From: Girardia tigrina
Taxonomy: Eukaryota
NCBI GenBank assembly: GCA_001938485.1
Contig: MQRK01249281.1
Location: 1-55,806, forward strand
Direction: 5' to 3'
Length of the DNA: 55,806 nucleotides
The translations under genes and the position numbers were made by a program. Shown in pieces: positions 45,212-55,806 of this stretch; positions within the stretch are counted from its first letter, which is position 1, and each line of letters starts with the position of its first letter. A model generated the notes under the pieces. It made no database searches. It saw only the letters and a list, made by a program, of their open reading frames with translations, and had not been told where the DNA came from.

Positions 45212-46967
45212 GGACATCATTTTGAAAGCTACTGCTTACAACTAAAACTACTTTTCGTTTATGCAAAATAACTATCAATTTACATTTTTGTTTTATTAGA
45301 TGTACTTTATTATTATAATGTTCTCCTTTGTCTGTAGTTTTTCATTGTTACCAGAATTGGAAATCTTGCTAATGTACATTGAAAAAGTAAATTAGTTACC
45401 AAGAGCACAGCGCTGTCAATAATACAATACTATACAATATCATACAGTCATCAATATGGAATAATTTTACGGAATTTATTACGATATTGAATATTAAGTT
45501 AAAAATATTTTTTTAATGTGATCATTGAATATGCTTTGATTTGTGTCTTCTTCCTCTTCACTCTTTATTATGGTTTAATAAAATAACATTTTATCGGAAG
45601 TTATTTGCGAGAATAGGGGCAAAATAAGAAAATGCTTTTCGAGATAACGATCCAATCATCAGGTCAATCCTCATCGCGAACCAGGACATTTCGACGACTC
45701 CGTTTAAATTAAAAAAAAATATTTTTCTTATAAGTGATTGGATAAAAATGAATCATTTCACAATTGATAAAAATTAAGCAAAAATACATTGGACCCAATT
45801 AATGCCATTCTTGAAAACAAACCATTGGCGGCAATCTATGTCATTTGAGATAGCGACATGTTTAACTCTATCGTCCCTTACTTTGATCGGCTAATGTAGA
45901 TATGTGATAAAGATAACAATTAGCAACCAAGGGAAAGCTAAGCTTTCAGATTAAACTTCTCACACACAATACGATCAACTCAATTTTATTATTCATATCA
46001 AATACAAAACAATCCAAAATCTCAGGGAGGCAATTTGACTGAAATACATGATCAAATGTCAATCTAAGAGTATGGAATGTTCTCTCAACTGTACCAGTCA
46101 GTGTAAAGACAGTCGAGCGCCGAAAATATTTTTTGTTTTGAGTTTATTCATTCTTTTCAAAAAGTTCACAAAATTATTGATTTTGTCATCAAATATAAAA
46201 ATGAAAAGTAAAATATATATATACAAGTCTCACACCTGATTCTGAGTACGTCTGGTACGGCTATTTATCCAGTTATGTTTTTTATTCTTCATCTACTAAT
46301 TCCTATAGTTTTTTTCATATCCTTTGACTGCTGTACTAAAATCAGCAGTTTTAGACCGTTGAAACAACTATGTAAGTTGTACCGTAAATTTCCTCAAGTA
46401 TGATGTCAGTTTCTCCTATCAAATTTGATGTTTAGTGAAGTAATACTTCTCGCAAATGACTGCTTAAGACAAGTGTTACAAAATGACTTTTCGATGATTA
46501 TAGGGGTAAAAATTTTGAAAGTTTATTATTTTTGGTCTAATTCATTAATCAGAAGCTTTAATCATGATTATAATTAAGGAAATCAAATCAATATGTTACA
46601 ACTATCCTCATTTTGTACAGATTCTCTAATAATCCATTTTCGATAATCATACGTAGACTCATTTCTATCTACTGTAACAATTATTATTATTTATATTTAT
46701 CAGAATTTATTCCTTTTAGTATTTCCAATCTTTTTTCTGAATTAAAACCGTTATTGTTTATGTCATTTAATTAATATCTATTATGCTATCACGCTAAACA
46801 TTTTTCAGTATTGTACAATAATAATCAACTATATACCACAAGTCACACTCTATTAATATTGTCAATGAAAATGGAAATTATCACGAAAAATGAATCTCCT
46901 ATGATTTGAATAAAAAGAATAAAAATATGACGACGAGTTACGAGATAAAATTTCTTAATCGTCGTTT

Positions 46968-46970
<3 letters not shown>

Positions 46971-47028
<58 letters not shown>

Positions 47029-47030
47029 AT
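46971..47030. repeat. (TA)n/(TG)n microsatellite; similar runs at 20447, 24793, 36311, 43690 and 54080
   Basis: Directly visible; three of the runs border N gaps. Confidence 0.9.
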
Positions 47031-48496
47031 ATCCCTAATATAGAGATTTGTATATAGGTTACACTTTATAATCTATGTATTCAGATACAATCAATAATTT
47101 TGAGAACGATTTGGAACTAGTAAATCAATTTTTTTAATTCATTCTTTATGCAGACAGAACTATACTTAACCAAGAGAAATATTTTTGTTATCTTTTGTTG
47201 AAGAGAAAATTACTATTTCATTTTTTAATCAATTTATTATGTTATTAGTAACTATTAAAATCTTTTTTAGAAGGGAAAACTTTATACAAAAGTTTGAACA
47301 ACTCAATTTTGCATTTAGGTAGTTACTAATAACATAATAAATTTATCATAAGTCATGGAAGGAAAAAAACAAAAGATTTCTATTTAATACAGTTTAAACT
47401 TTAAACATTTGTGGATAATCGTAAAACTTTTTTTCACATAATCATTTATTGTCATCGAAAATGAGTCAATGTGCAAAGTTTAAAGAAAATTGATTGAGTA
47501 AAAAGCCTTCAAAAATAGGTTTCTAAATTCCATGGATACGTATATAGAAAGCAAGATAATATAAAGGATGGAAAAAACGAAGAAATGCATCACAAAATTA
47601 ATTTTGTCTTTATGTGATTGTCTTGCACCGACCGTATGTGTTATGATATTGAATTTCTGTACACATAGTTTTCTCAAACGGCAATTGCTATCTGACAATA
47701 GTTGGTTTGCGATAATGGAATTGATTGATTTTAATGCTTTTAACTTAATTTTTAACAATTATGAAACAATCCATTTTCATAAAATGTTTTATTACTGAAA
47801 CGTTTTTTTATTTATTTTTGTAAGTAAAAAGATAAATTCTTTAATAAAATTTATTTATTACAAAAACACTAACTGAATATTATTCAACAAAAATTATAAG
47901 AGAGAAAATTATTTAAGAAATATCTCAACTCGTAAAAGTAATTTTGTATATGAAATCTGATCAAATTAAGATTTTCATATTAATATGTTTTTTAAATCAT
48001 GACAATAATTTATTCCCTACATTTCCCTCGTTTAAAGGATTAGCCATTATATATTTCTATTTATTACTTTGGTTTTTTTGTTATTATTGTGAAAATCCTT
48101 CATATATATCGTCGTCCTTAGATTTACCTCCTTGTTTAACCTAAAACAACGATACCTACATTAAATATCCTGTTATTCGTCTTTACATAATCAAAATGCA
48201 CATACCATTCGTTATTCAAAGATAAGCTCTGCTAGACTAATTTTTAAAGATTTCTGGAAAATTCATTCAAACTAAATCCTAATTCTGGAAGTTCATGGAC
48301 CGAATTCTTCTGATTGAGGGTTTTAATAATGTATTAATGTAATATCGTATCGTACGAATTGTCTTTCAATTAAGCCATTTGTCCGATAACGATACACGCT
48401 AGAGAATTGTAATTTTGCATTATGTATTTCTACCATTTACTTGATGAACTTTGATTAAAAACATTTTCCTCTCTTAACATGAATTATTTCAATATC

Positions 48497-48673
48497 TACA
48501 GTAGAACCTGGCTATTCCGGAATAGCCGGTGATTTTGAAATATGTCAGAATATACAGTTTGCCGGAATAGAGAGTCCGAACAAATACCGTGATTGAAAAA
48601 TGGGGTTTTTCGGACCTGCCAGATTAGACAGCTTGCCTGATTAAAGAGGACGGATTAGACAGGTTCAACTGTA
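48497..48673. mobile_element. Tigger/pogo-type MITE
   Basis: TACAGTAGAACCTGGCTATTCCG ... CGGATTAGACAGGTTCAACTGTA. Confidence 0.8.
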
Positions 48674-49316
48674 ATTGTTAATTAGAATCTTTTGAGTTGT
48701 TTCTTCGTCTTGTTTTGGACACTGCAATCTACGACATATATCTGCTAAATTGATCAATGATTCCTAAAATTTATCGTTTCTTATATCTGTTAGGTAGTAT
48801 GCGGCCTCAGAAATTGACAAAAAAGTGATTCGAAAATGTTTATGATATTGCTGTTTAACAATCATTTCTTTCATTTTCAAGATGCGCACCTTTCTCATCT
48901 GACAATATTGACATGACTCTATTATTTCCTTCAGAATTTAAATCATTTTTTCCATGATATACTTGTCTTTAATATAATATAACATTTTCTCCATTTCAGC
49001 ATGACAAAGTAATTTGTGGATAAATATAATATTTTTTTTCCGTTTTTCTTTTGAAACTGATATTTCGATTTTGTTTGTTAAAATTATCTCGGCATGAAAT
49101 AAAAAATTATCACACTTTTTTATTTATCATTTAATTTTATTGATCTCCATACAGGTCATTCACCATCTTGAATCACCTGAGGAATCATTGAAAGATAATA
49201 ATTTGGTCTTTAACTTCCATGTTTTGGCGTTTTCTTATTGTAATTGACATTGACAGCAAATATTGCAAGTAGGCCGAGAGAGTGTTTCAGAATTCAGGAT
49301 AATATTTCTTTTTTAA

Positions 49317-49526
49317 CCAGTTAACTGTGTCGCTCCATTTACAAAGTGCGCACAAATTTGTGTAGCGAAAATCGAACGATGACGAGTATAGTCGTCATGC
49401 ACAGAGTAAGTGTCGCTGTTAAAGAATTGCATGAAACTGATAGGCTTTTTTTTATAAAATTTCCAATTTAACTAATATTTTGCCACTTTTTCATGATGAG
49501 TATACTCGTCAAAGACAGTTAACTGG
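49317..49526. mobile_element. TTAA-flanked (piggyBac-type) MITE
   Basis: TTAA|CCAGTTAACTGT ... ACAGTTAACTGG|TTAA; internal near-palindromes of the GACGAGTATACTCGTC type. Confidence 0.85.
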
Positions 49527-51629
49527 TTAAATGCAAGTTGTATAGCTAAACTTCTTAAGAAATTAAACCAATTCTGAAACAGTGCTGTTACTGTTTGTTT
49601 CATAGTTAACATGAATACTATTAATTTATGGTTTGTTCTCAAAATGAAACGTTTCCCATATAAATAATGTTTGAAATTCTGGGTAAAATAAAAAAATAGC
49701 TAATAGCTCTTTTATCGTGATACAATACCCGATTTCATGCTTATTCATTGCATGGTATGAATATGCTATAACGTTTACCCTTCCATCATCGTTTAACTGT
49801 GATAAAACTGCACTCATAACAGTAAAACTTGCGTCTGTATCCAAAATAAATCCTTTATTAAATACATGGTATGTAAGAACAGGTGTGTTTACCTAGGACG
49901 TTTTCAAAATAATAAAAGCTGGCTCCCAAAACTCATTCCAATAAATTCGATCTATGGTACTGCTGCATATAGCTTTCGAATGTCTCGATAACGTAGAATA
50001 AATTCAATTGAATTTGATATAATAATTGTAGAGCCCTAGAAAACTCCGAGTTTCTTAATTCACTTATGTCGTTTAAATGAGGCGATATCCTGAATCTTAG
50101 TTAGATCAACCATATGTCTATCTCTATTTCTGTCATTAGAAAGTGACACTTTTCAGGATTTATTTTAAGTTCTGCTAACTTAATTTGACCTAACAATTTA
50201 TTTATTCTTTGAATATTTTCATGAGCATTTTGTATACACAAGGTTATCGTTTAGATAGAGTTTCAGTTCAGTTCTTATCTTCAAGGACATTAGGCATCAA
50301 GCTCTGAAATGTTGAAGGAGCTATAGCAATTCAGAAAAAAACAAAATGGCCCATTTTTGATGGAAAAACCGTTTAAAGTTTTTATGTATTTTACAATTAA
50401 ATCTGATAATTTGTGTTACCTCAGTCAATGGAGCTGAGATATTTCGATCCGTTCAATGAGTCAATCATTTCTTCAATATTTCGCTTTGGGTTCCCTGTCT
50501 TTTTATAACTTTGTTCAGTTGTCTAAAGTTCAAGCAATATCTAATTTCTTGTTTGTTCCTATTTCATACGCAGACCATTGGTGTGTTCCACGGAGAAACG
50601 CATATTTTTGTTTCTAAATCTGTCTTAAGTTCTTCAATTTTTTATTCTAAATTTGTAGTTTATCTCCATGGTTTTACAAAAATCGGTTCTCCTTTAGTAA
50701 TAATCGTGTGTTTAAGAATGTTGATACATCCTACATTCTATTTATGTGTCAAAAACCGTCATTTATTTTTTATTGGTATATTCAATGGGGAATCGTTATG
50801 TATCTTCAAACTTTCCAAAACATTCTCCCTCTTAACAAAACCTGGAACTGCTTTCCCCATCCACCCATTTATATTACCAATCTCGTTACATGTGTTATGA
50901 TTTAAATGTATTTAATTGTGTTTCTTCATAGCTTTGATAAATTTGTCCAAAATATATTTTAAAAGTATTAAAAATTTTGAGACCGCATATGATGGGTAGA
51001 GAAAATTTATCCGTAACAAAAAATCTTATATCATTTTTTATATTTCCTACTTTTATATTTAGAATTACTGATTCTAATATATTAAGAGAAAGATCATAAA
51101 AACAAATAATATTTTCTTTCATCACAATTGCTACTGTTAATTAAAAATTTTGTATCATAATTTTATATAGAACATTTATCATAGCCTCGTTGTCCAGATA
51201 AAAGAATACTTCACATATCTGACTTTTAGTCACGGTCTACCCCCATAAAAGCATATAAAAGTTTAAATTTATCCTCTTTTATCATGTCATCAGTTATAAC
51301 CACTACCTTACTGAATGCCTTCCTGCCTCCTATCGCCTCTTCGCAATATTATTTATCATTCACAAAATATTATTAATATCATTAATAAAGTACATAAAAA
51401 CAATGGCAAATCTTTCAAATAATCAAAAACGCTATTTAGGTCTAAAAAACTTTTTAATTTAAATTTTTTTCGTGATATATTTCAGTGGATTTTCCACCAT
51501 CTTCAGGCAAAAGTTTCAACAATCATACTACCGTATAACGGATAAATCCTCCTAATATCAGTGATACTATTGGAATATTATCATGAACTATCATTAAAAA
51601 TTTGTAATAATGACACTTATGATTAAAAT

Positions 51630-52830
51630 GGTGAGGCGACTTTACCGCGGACGACATTACCGCGGCGACTATACCGCGGACGACTTTACCGCGGACGTCT
51701 TTACCGCGGACGACTTTACCGTAGGTGACATTACCGCGGATTCTTTCAGAAAAAAATATTAAAAATTTATAATATTAATATTAAATAATTAAATAAATTC
51801 AATTTTCTTAAAATTTTTAATTAAGATATTTTTGGCCATTATTACTGAATAATACTTTATTAAAATATAATATTTATAATAAAATTTTCCATTTACGTTA
51901 ATATACCTTTAAAAATATGCCTTAAAATATTATAAATTTCTAAAAAATTTTCTCTCACTTTGTTCAGCATGAATCTTCAATTCTTTACTTCAAAATCTGG
52001 AAATCCGTTTGGATTAAAGGCTGTTTTTTTCATCGGAACCAATCAATTTGGAAAAAATAAAAGAAACATCAAATCTTCCAGATCTCTATTCAAACAATGA
52101 TGAAATTAGAACCATTCTGAAATCATTAATGGCTATAGCGTTTGTTCCTGTGGATGATGTTATCACTGCCTTTTTGGCTTTACTTGATCTTTCTAATGAT
52201 TATCCAGAACTCGATGATGTCTTTGTACATTTTGAGAATACATATATTGACTGTGCTCGTGGAGAACGAAGATTACGTCCTCGATATTCAATTCAGTGTT
52301 GGAATGTATATGACCGCGTTATTTCTCATCTACCACTCACAAACAATGCAATAGAAAATTGGCATCGTGCGTTTCAAAATTCTATCGCTTGCAATCACCC
52401 AACTGTTTATAGTTTGATAAATCAATTTCGTACTGAAAAAGATTTTATTGAATATATTTACTATTCCATTATTTTAATATATCAGTTTAATATTTTTGTA
52501 TCTTTCTTCTATTTACACATCACATTTGTTCTAGAATGTTATTTGAATTTTTTTAAATTAGGAATTTACTAATTTTTCGTATGTTGTTTGTTTATTTTTT
52601 ATATTAAAAAGAATAATTAAGTCATGTCGATCTGAAATTTTCTATCACTTTATGTTTTAAAATTAAACCCGTGTATGATTCATTGTTTTATCATAACATA
52701 ATTAAAAATTTTTATTCATATTTTAGATGATATTGTTTACTTATTGAATATTTTTTGTAAATTTTCCGCGGTAAATTCGCCCGCTGTGAAGTCACCCGCG
52801 GTAAAGTCGACGCCGTAAAGTCGGCGTACC
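51630..52830 (+). mobile_element. Mutator-like (MULE) element, internally deleted, with 9-bp TSD GATTAAAAT
   Basis: TSD at 51621-51629 and 52831-52839. TIRs are built from ~15-bp CGACTTTACCGCGGA repeats. ORF 52048..52572 has LMAIAFVP..HFENTYI..WNVY..LTNNAIENWH..HPTV. Confidence 0.92.
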
Positions 52831-53109
52831 GATTAAAATAGTAGCAACAAGGTGTTATTGAAAAATTAATATTGATACTATCAGGTCTAATGATACTATT
52901 ATGAGTTATCATTTGTATACAAATGGGGATTATGTAATTAAATGCTTTCACCAAAGAGGAAGAGATGCTTATTTGATTATTAATTGATAGATTAAGTGAT
53001 TTGATCAATGATGTATCACAAGAAACTCTCTCCCAACAATTTTTAAAATTACTGCACAGTATTTTAAAATAGTTAATAGTCACATATGTACTGCAAACTT
53101 TCCAGAGCA

Positions 53110-53370
53110 GGACATTTCGACACCATTAGTATTAGTATTGGTAAATTTAAAAAATATATTTCATTTTATTTCGGAAAATCTTAATTTATAAAAGTTATTT
53201 AATTTAAATCCTAATGATCTTTATTTATAAAAATTTATTCCATTTTTTTCTCAAAAATCCTTAGAAAAAAATAATTCATTTAAAGTTTACTAATACTAAT
53301 TTATAATTTTTTTTAAAAAAAATTTTAAAAATTAATTTATGGCGTCGAAGTGGCGGCATCGAAATGCCCC
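53110..53370. mobile_element. MULE-like MITE
   Basis: GGACATTTCGACACCAT ... ATGGCGTCGAAGT..GGCATCGAAATGCCCC inverted ends. Confidence 0.55.
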
Positions 53371-53545
53371 GTATATATTTTTATTACTAAACATACTTAA
53401 AATTTTGAGATTTCAATATGATTTTTGAATTTAAGATCTTATGATCAATTGATTTTAAAATATAAAAGTTAAATTTTTGAAAACCTCTTGAACTGGCAAC
53501 AATTAAAGTTTTAATTAATATAGACAATCAATATTTGAATCTTCG

Positions 53546-54076
53546 GGTACGCGACTTTTTGACGCCGAATTTTTTTGAATTTTTTTGAAAGAATTTATAG
53601 AAGATATATATAGAGAATTTTTTATTGACTTTTTTATTTAAATTAATTAATTAAATATGAAATTTTTAAAAAATAAAGAAAATTCATGTTTGAAATAATT
53701 TAATTATTTCTTATAAAGATTGTAATGTAAGTATAATTTTTGTAAGTTGTGAGATATATTTAACAAAATTTTTGGAAATTAATAATTAGCTTTATAACTA
53801 ATTGTTTAAATAATAAAGAACTGTTTATAACGAAAAACTCTATTAATTTCTAAAAAATTATTGTGTTTTTTAAAGATATTTACTACCTTAAGATGTTGAA
53901 ATTTTTTAGATTTTATTACAATATTTTTTAAATAATTTCATTTTTTTTTTAATTTTATTTTATATTTCATATAATTTTAAATATATTTTTCTTTATGGTA
54001 ACCAAACTTATAATGGCTTAAAAAATATTTATTTTAAAAAATTCAGCTGCAAAAAATTTCAGAGTTAAAATATATT

Positions 54077-54114
<38 letters not shown>

Positions 54115-54361
54115 NNNNNNNNNNNNNNNNNNNNNNNNNNNNNNNNNNNNNNNNNNNNNNNNNNNNNNNNNNNNNNNNNNNNNNATATATACATATATAT
54201 ATATTATTTAAAATATTTCAAAAAATTCAAAAAATTCTGCGCCAAAAAAAACGGTGCCAAAAAGACCGGTTCCCAATTTTATTAAATAAAAAATTTAAAT
54301 AAAAAAATTCGGCGCCAAAACGCTAGGTACCAAAACGGTGGTACCAAAAAGTCCTGATTCC
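53546..54361. mobile_element. MULE-like MITE containing (TA)n and a gap
   Basis: GGTACGCGACTTTTTGACGCC ... GGTACCAAAAAGTCCTGATTCC; imperfect 9-bp flanks GAATCTTCG/GAATTTTCA. Confidence 0.6.
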
Positions 54362-55447
54362 GAATTTTCATTAGATACTTTGTCGGATTCTATTTCATCT
54401 TTTCTCTTGAGTTCTTTATTTTTTTAATTTATCTATTGTCTAATTATTTAATTTTTCAAGAAACAATTCGAAATAACTATTCTTATGCAAAATTTCAGTA
54501 AACTTATTTCTGATATAATCAGCTGCCAAATATGTTGAACACAAAAGCAAAGATCTAAATATCAATCCATTTTATTGTACAACGTTTATACTTGGTTTTG
54601 CAGGAGCTTTTAGGAGTTGTATATAACCCGACATATGTTTGTTTTTATAAATGTTTGTCTAGTAAGGATTACCTTTAATCTTACTTGATATACCTAAAAC
54701 AGCATAAAACAATTCTTTTCACACTTATTCATGAAAATAATATTTTGATTTAAAGGATTCATATATATAAAGATCTACCTGTATATAGGCTTAACTCATG
54801 TAAACAAGTTGATTTTTCGAAAGAAAAATCGAAGCAAGTGTTGGTGATAATGGGGAGCTCATAGCTACACCATCAATTTGTTTGTGCCAATTATTATTAA
54901 AAAGAATATGTACGCTCGATGTTGTAACAGTCAGTGATTTACGAAACTCAATTTCTCTCAGATTACCCTGATCACCAGTATTAGCTTTTCAAAGATCACA
55001 ACATAAATCAATTGTCTCCAACAAAGGAATATTAGGGAAAAGACTTGTGATATCAAACGAGACCATGAATTAGTATTACTCAATTCAATATTCTAGGTAA
55101 ATTCAGCAAATTCAAAACTATCATTGTTGTTAGGATTTGACTGATATTAAACAGAATCGTCTGATCAACTAAATGAAGCGATTACTGTAAAATGACTAGA
55201 TAAAATTGCGGTAATTAAACTTCTCACGCAATAAATTTGTTTGACTAAAGAACACTTTAATTAACTAAATCCACGTTGATGAACCTAGTTATCTAGCCAA
55301 AAATAATTATATAACAGATTAACAGAACCTAACCACCAAGTTAAGAAAACTTTAATAGTCAATTAAAAATTTAACCTCAGATTAATAAGATTAACACTTC
55401 AAAAAAATAACTTTATACCATACGGTAGACCAAATCAAACAGTTTTT

Positions 55448-55676
55448 ACAGCAATCACCACGTCAAAAATGTTTTGAGCCTCAATATCATATCTCAGAGA
55501 AACACAACAAAAAAAAGAAAAAAATAACACAAATCAAATAGCATTCACAGCAATCACCACGTCAAAAATGTTTTGAGCCTCAATATTATATCTCAGAGAA
55601 ACACAACAAAAAAAAGAAAAAATAACACAAATCAAACAGCATTCACAGCAATCACCACGTCAAAAATGTTTTGAGA
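55448..55676. repeat. Tandem repeat, ~98-99 bp unit, about 2.3 copies
   Basis: ACAGCAATCACCACGTCAAAAATGTTTTGAG starts at 55448, 55547 and 55645. Confidence 0.92.
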
Positions 55677-55806
55677 CACTTGAATGCAATAAATAATATT
55701 ATTAATAAAAAAATTTTTTATAAAAACTACCACGTTTTTCAAGCATTACCAATGCACTAAAAAGAGGAAAATAATTTTTTTTCTAGACATGTGAGAAATT
55801 TTATAC

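Larger units (their letters stand above)
48140..51130 (-). mobile_element. Heavily degenerate Gypsy pol remnant with MITE insertions
   Basis: FILDTDASFTVMSAVLSQ..YCITIKELLAI, AIAPSTFQSL, CLNFRQLN, LLCHAE and NGLIERQFVR motifs on the minus strand. Confidence 0.85.
52935..55200 (-). mobile_element. Fragmented Penelope-like element (RT plus GIY-YIG tail) split by MITEs
   Basis: MVSFDITSLFPNIP (~55025-55067), KQIDGVAMSSPLSPTLA (~54835-54885), and FKILCSNFKNCWER (ORF 52712..53083), which is homologous to the 23458 ORF. Confidence 0.85.

Noticed and set aside
45780-46110. Possible relic of a site-specific LINE C-terminus
   Set aside because: Only a vague resemblance; no diagnostic RT or endonuclease motif could be read.
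51630-51740. CRISPR-like array (also considered for 55448-55676)
   Set aside because: No unique spacers and a eukaryotic context; these are MULE TIR repeats and a plain tandem repeat.

Overview
Very AT-rich eukaryotic genomic DNA from a draft assembly with four N gaps. Short ~47-nt introns and the transposon spectrum suggest an invertebrate such as a planarian flatworm (inference). One intact host gene can be reconstructed: a 5-exon cyclic-nucleotide-gated channel alpha subunit (CNGA/TAX-4-like) on the + strand, join(1769..1906,10120..10268,10316..10527,13031..13854,18922..19527), 642 aa. It has an unusual pore filter (TTIADIPPP instead of TTIGETPPP) and a possible N-myristoylation motif. The rest is dense, nested and mostly decayed mobile DNA. 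This includes a near-complete, very compact Ty3/Gypsy element (30523-35602), three related solo LTRs, three further Gypsy pol remnants, three mariners, an IS630/Tc1-like element with DD27E spacing, two hAT transposase relics, a Mutator-like element, Penelope-like fragments (one with a hammerhead-like motif), an RTE LINE tail and many MITEs. There are also several orphan host-gene fragments, notably a complete C1 zinc-finger domain with an in-frame TGA inside a CNG intron. All calls are by eye from the sequence; no database searches were run.
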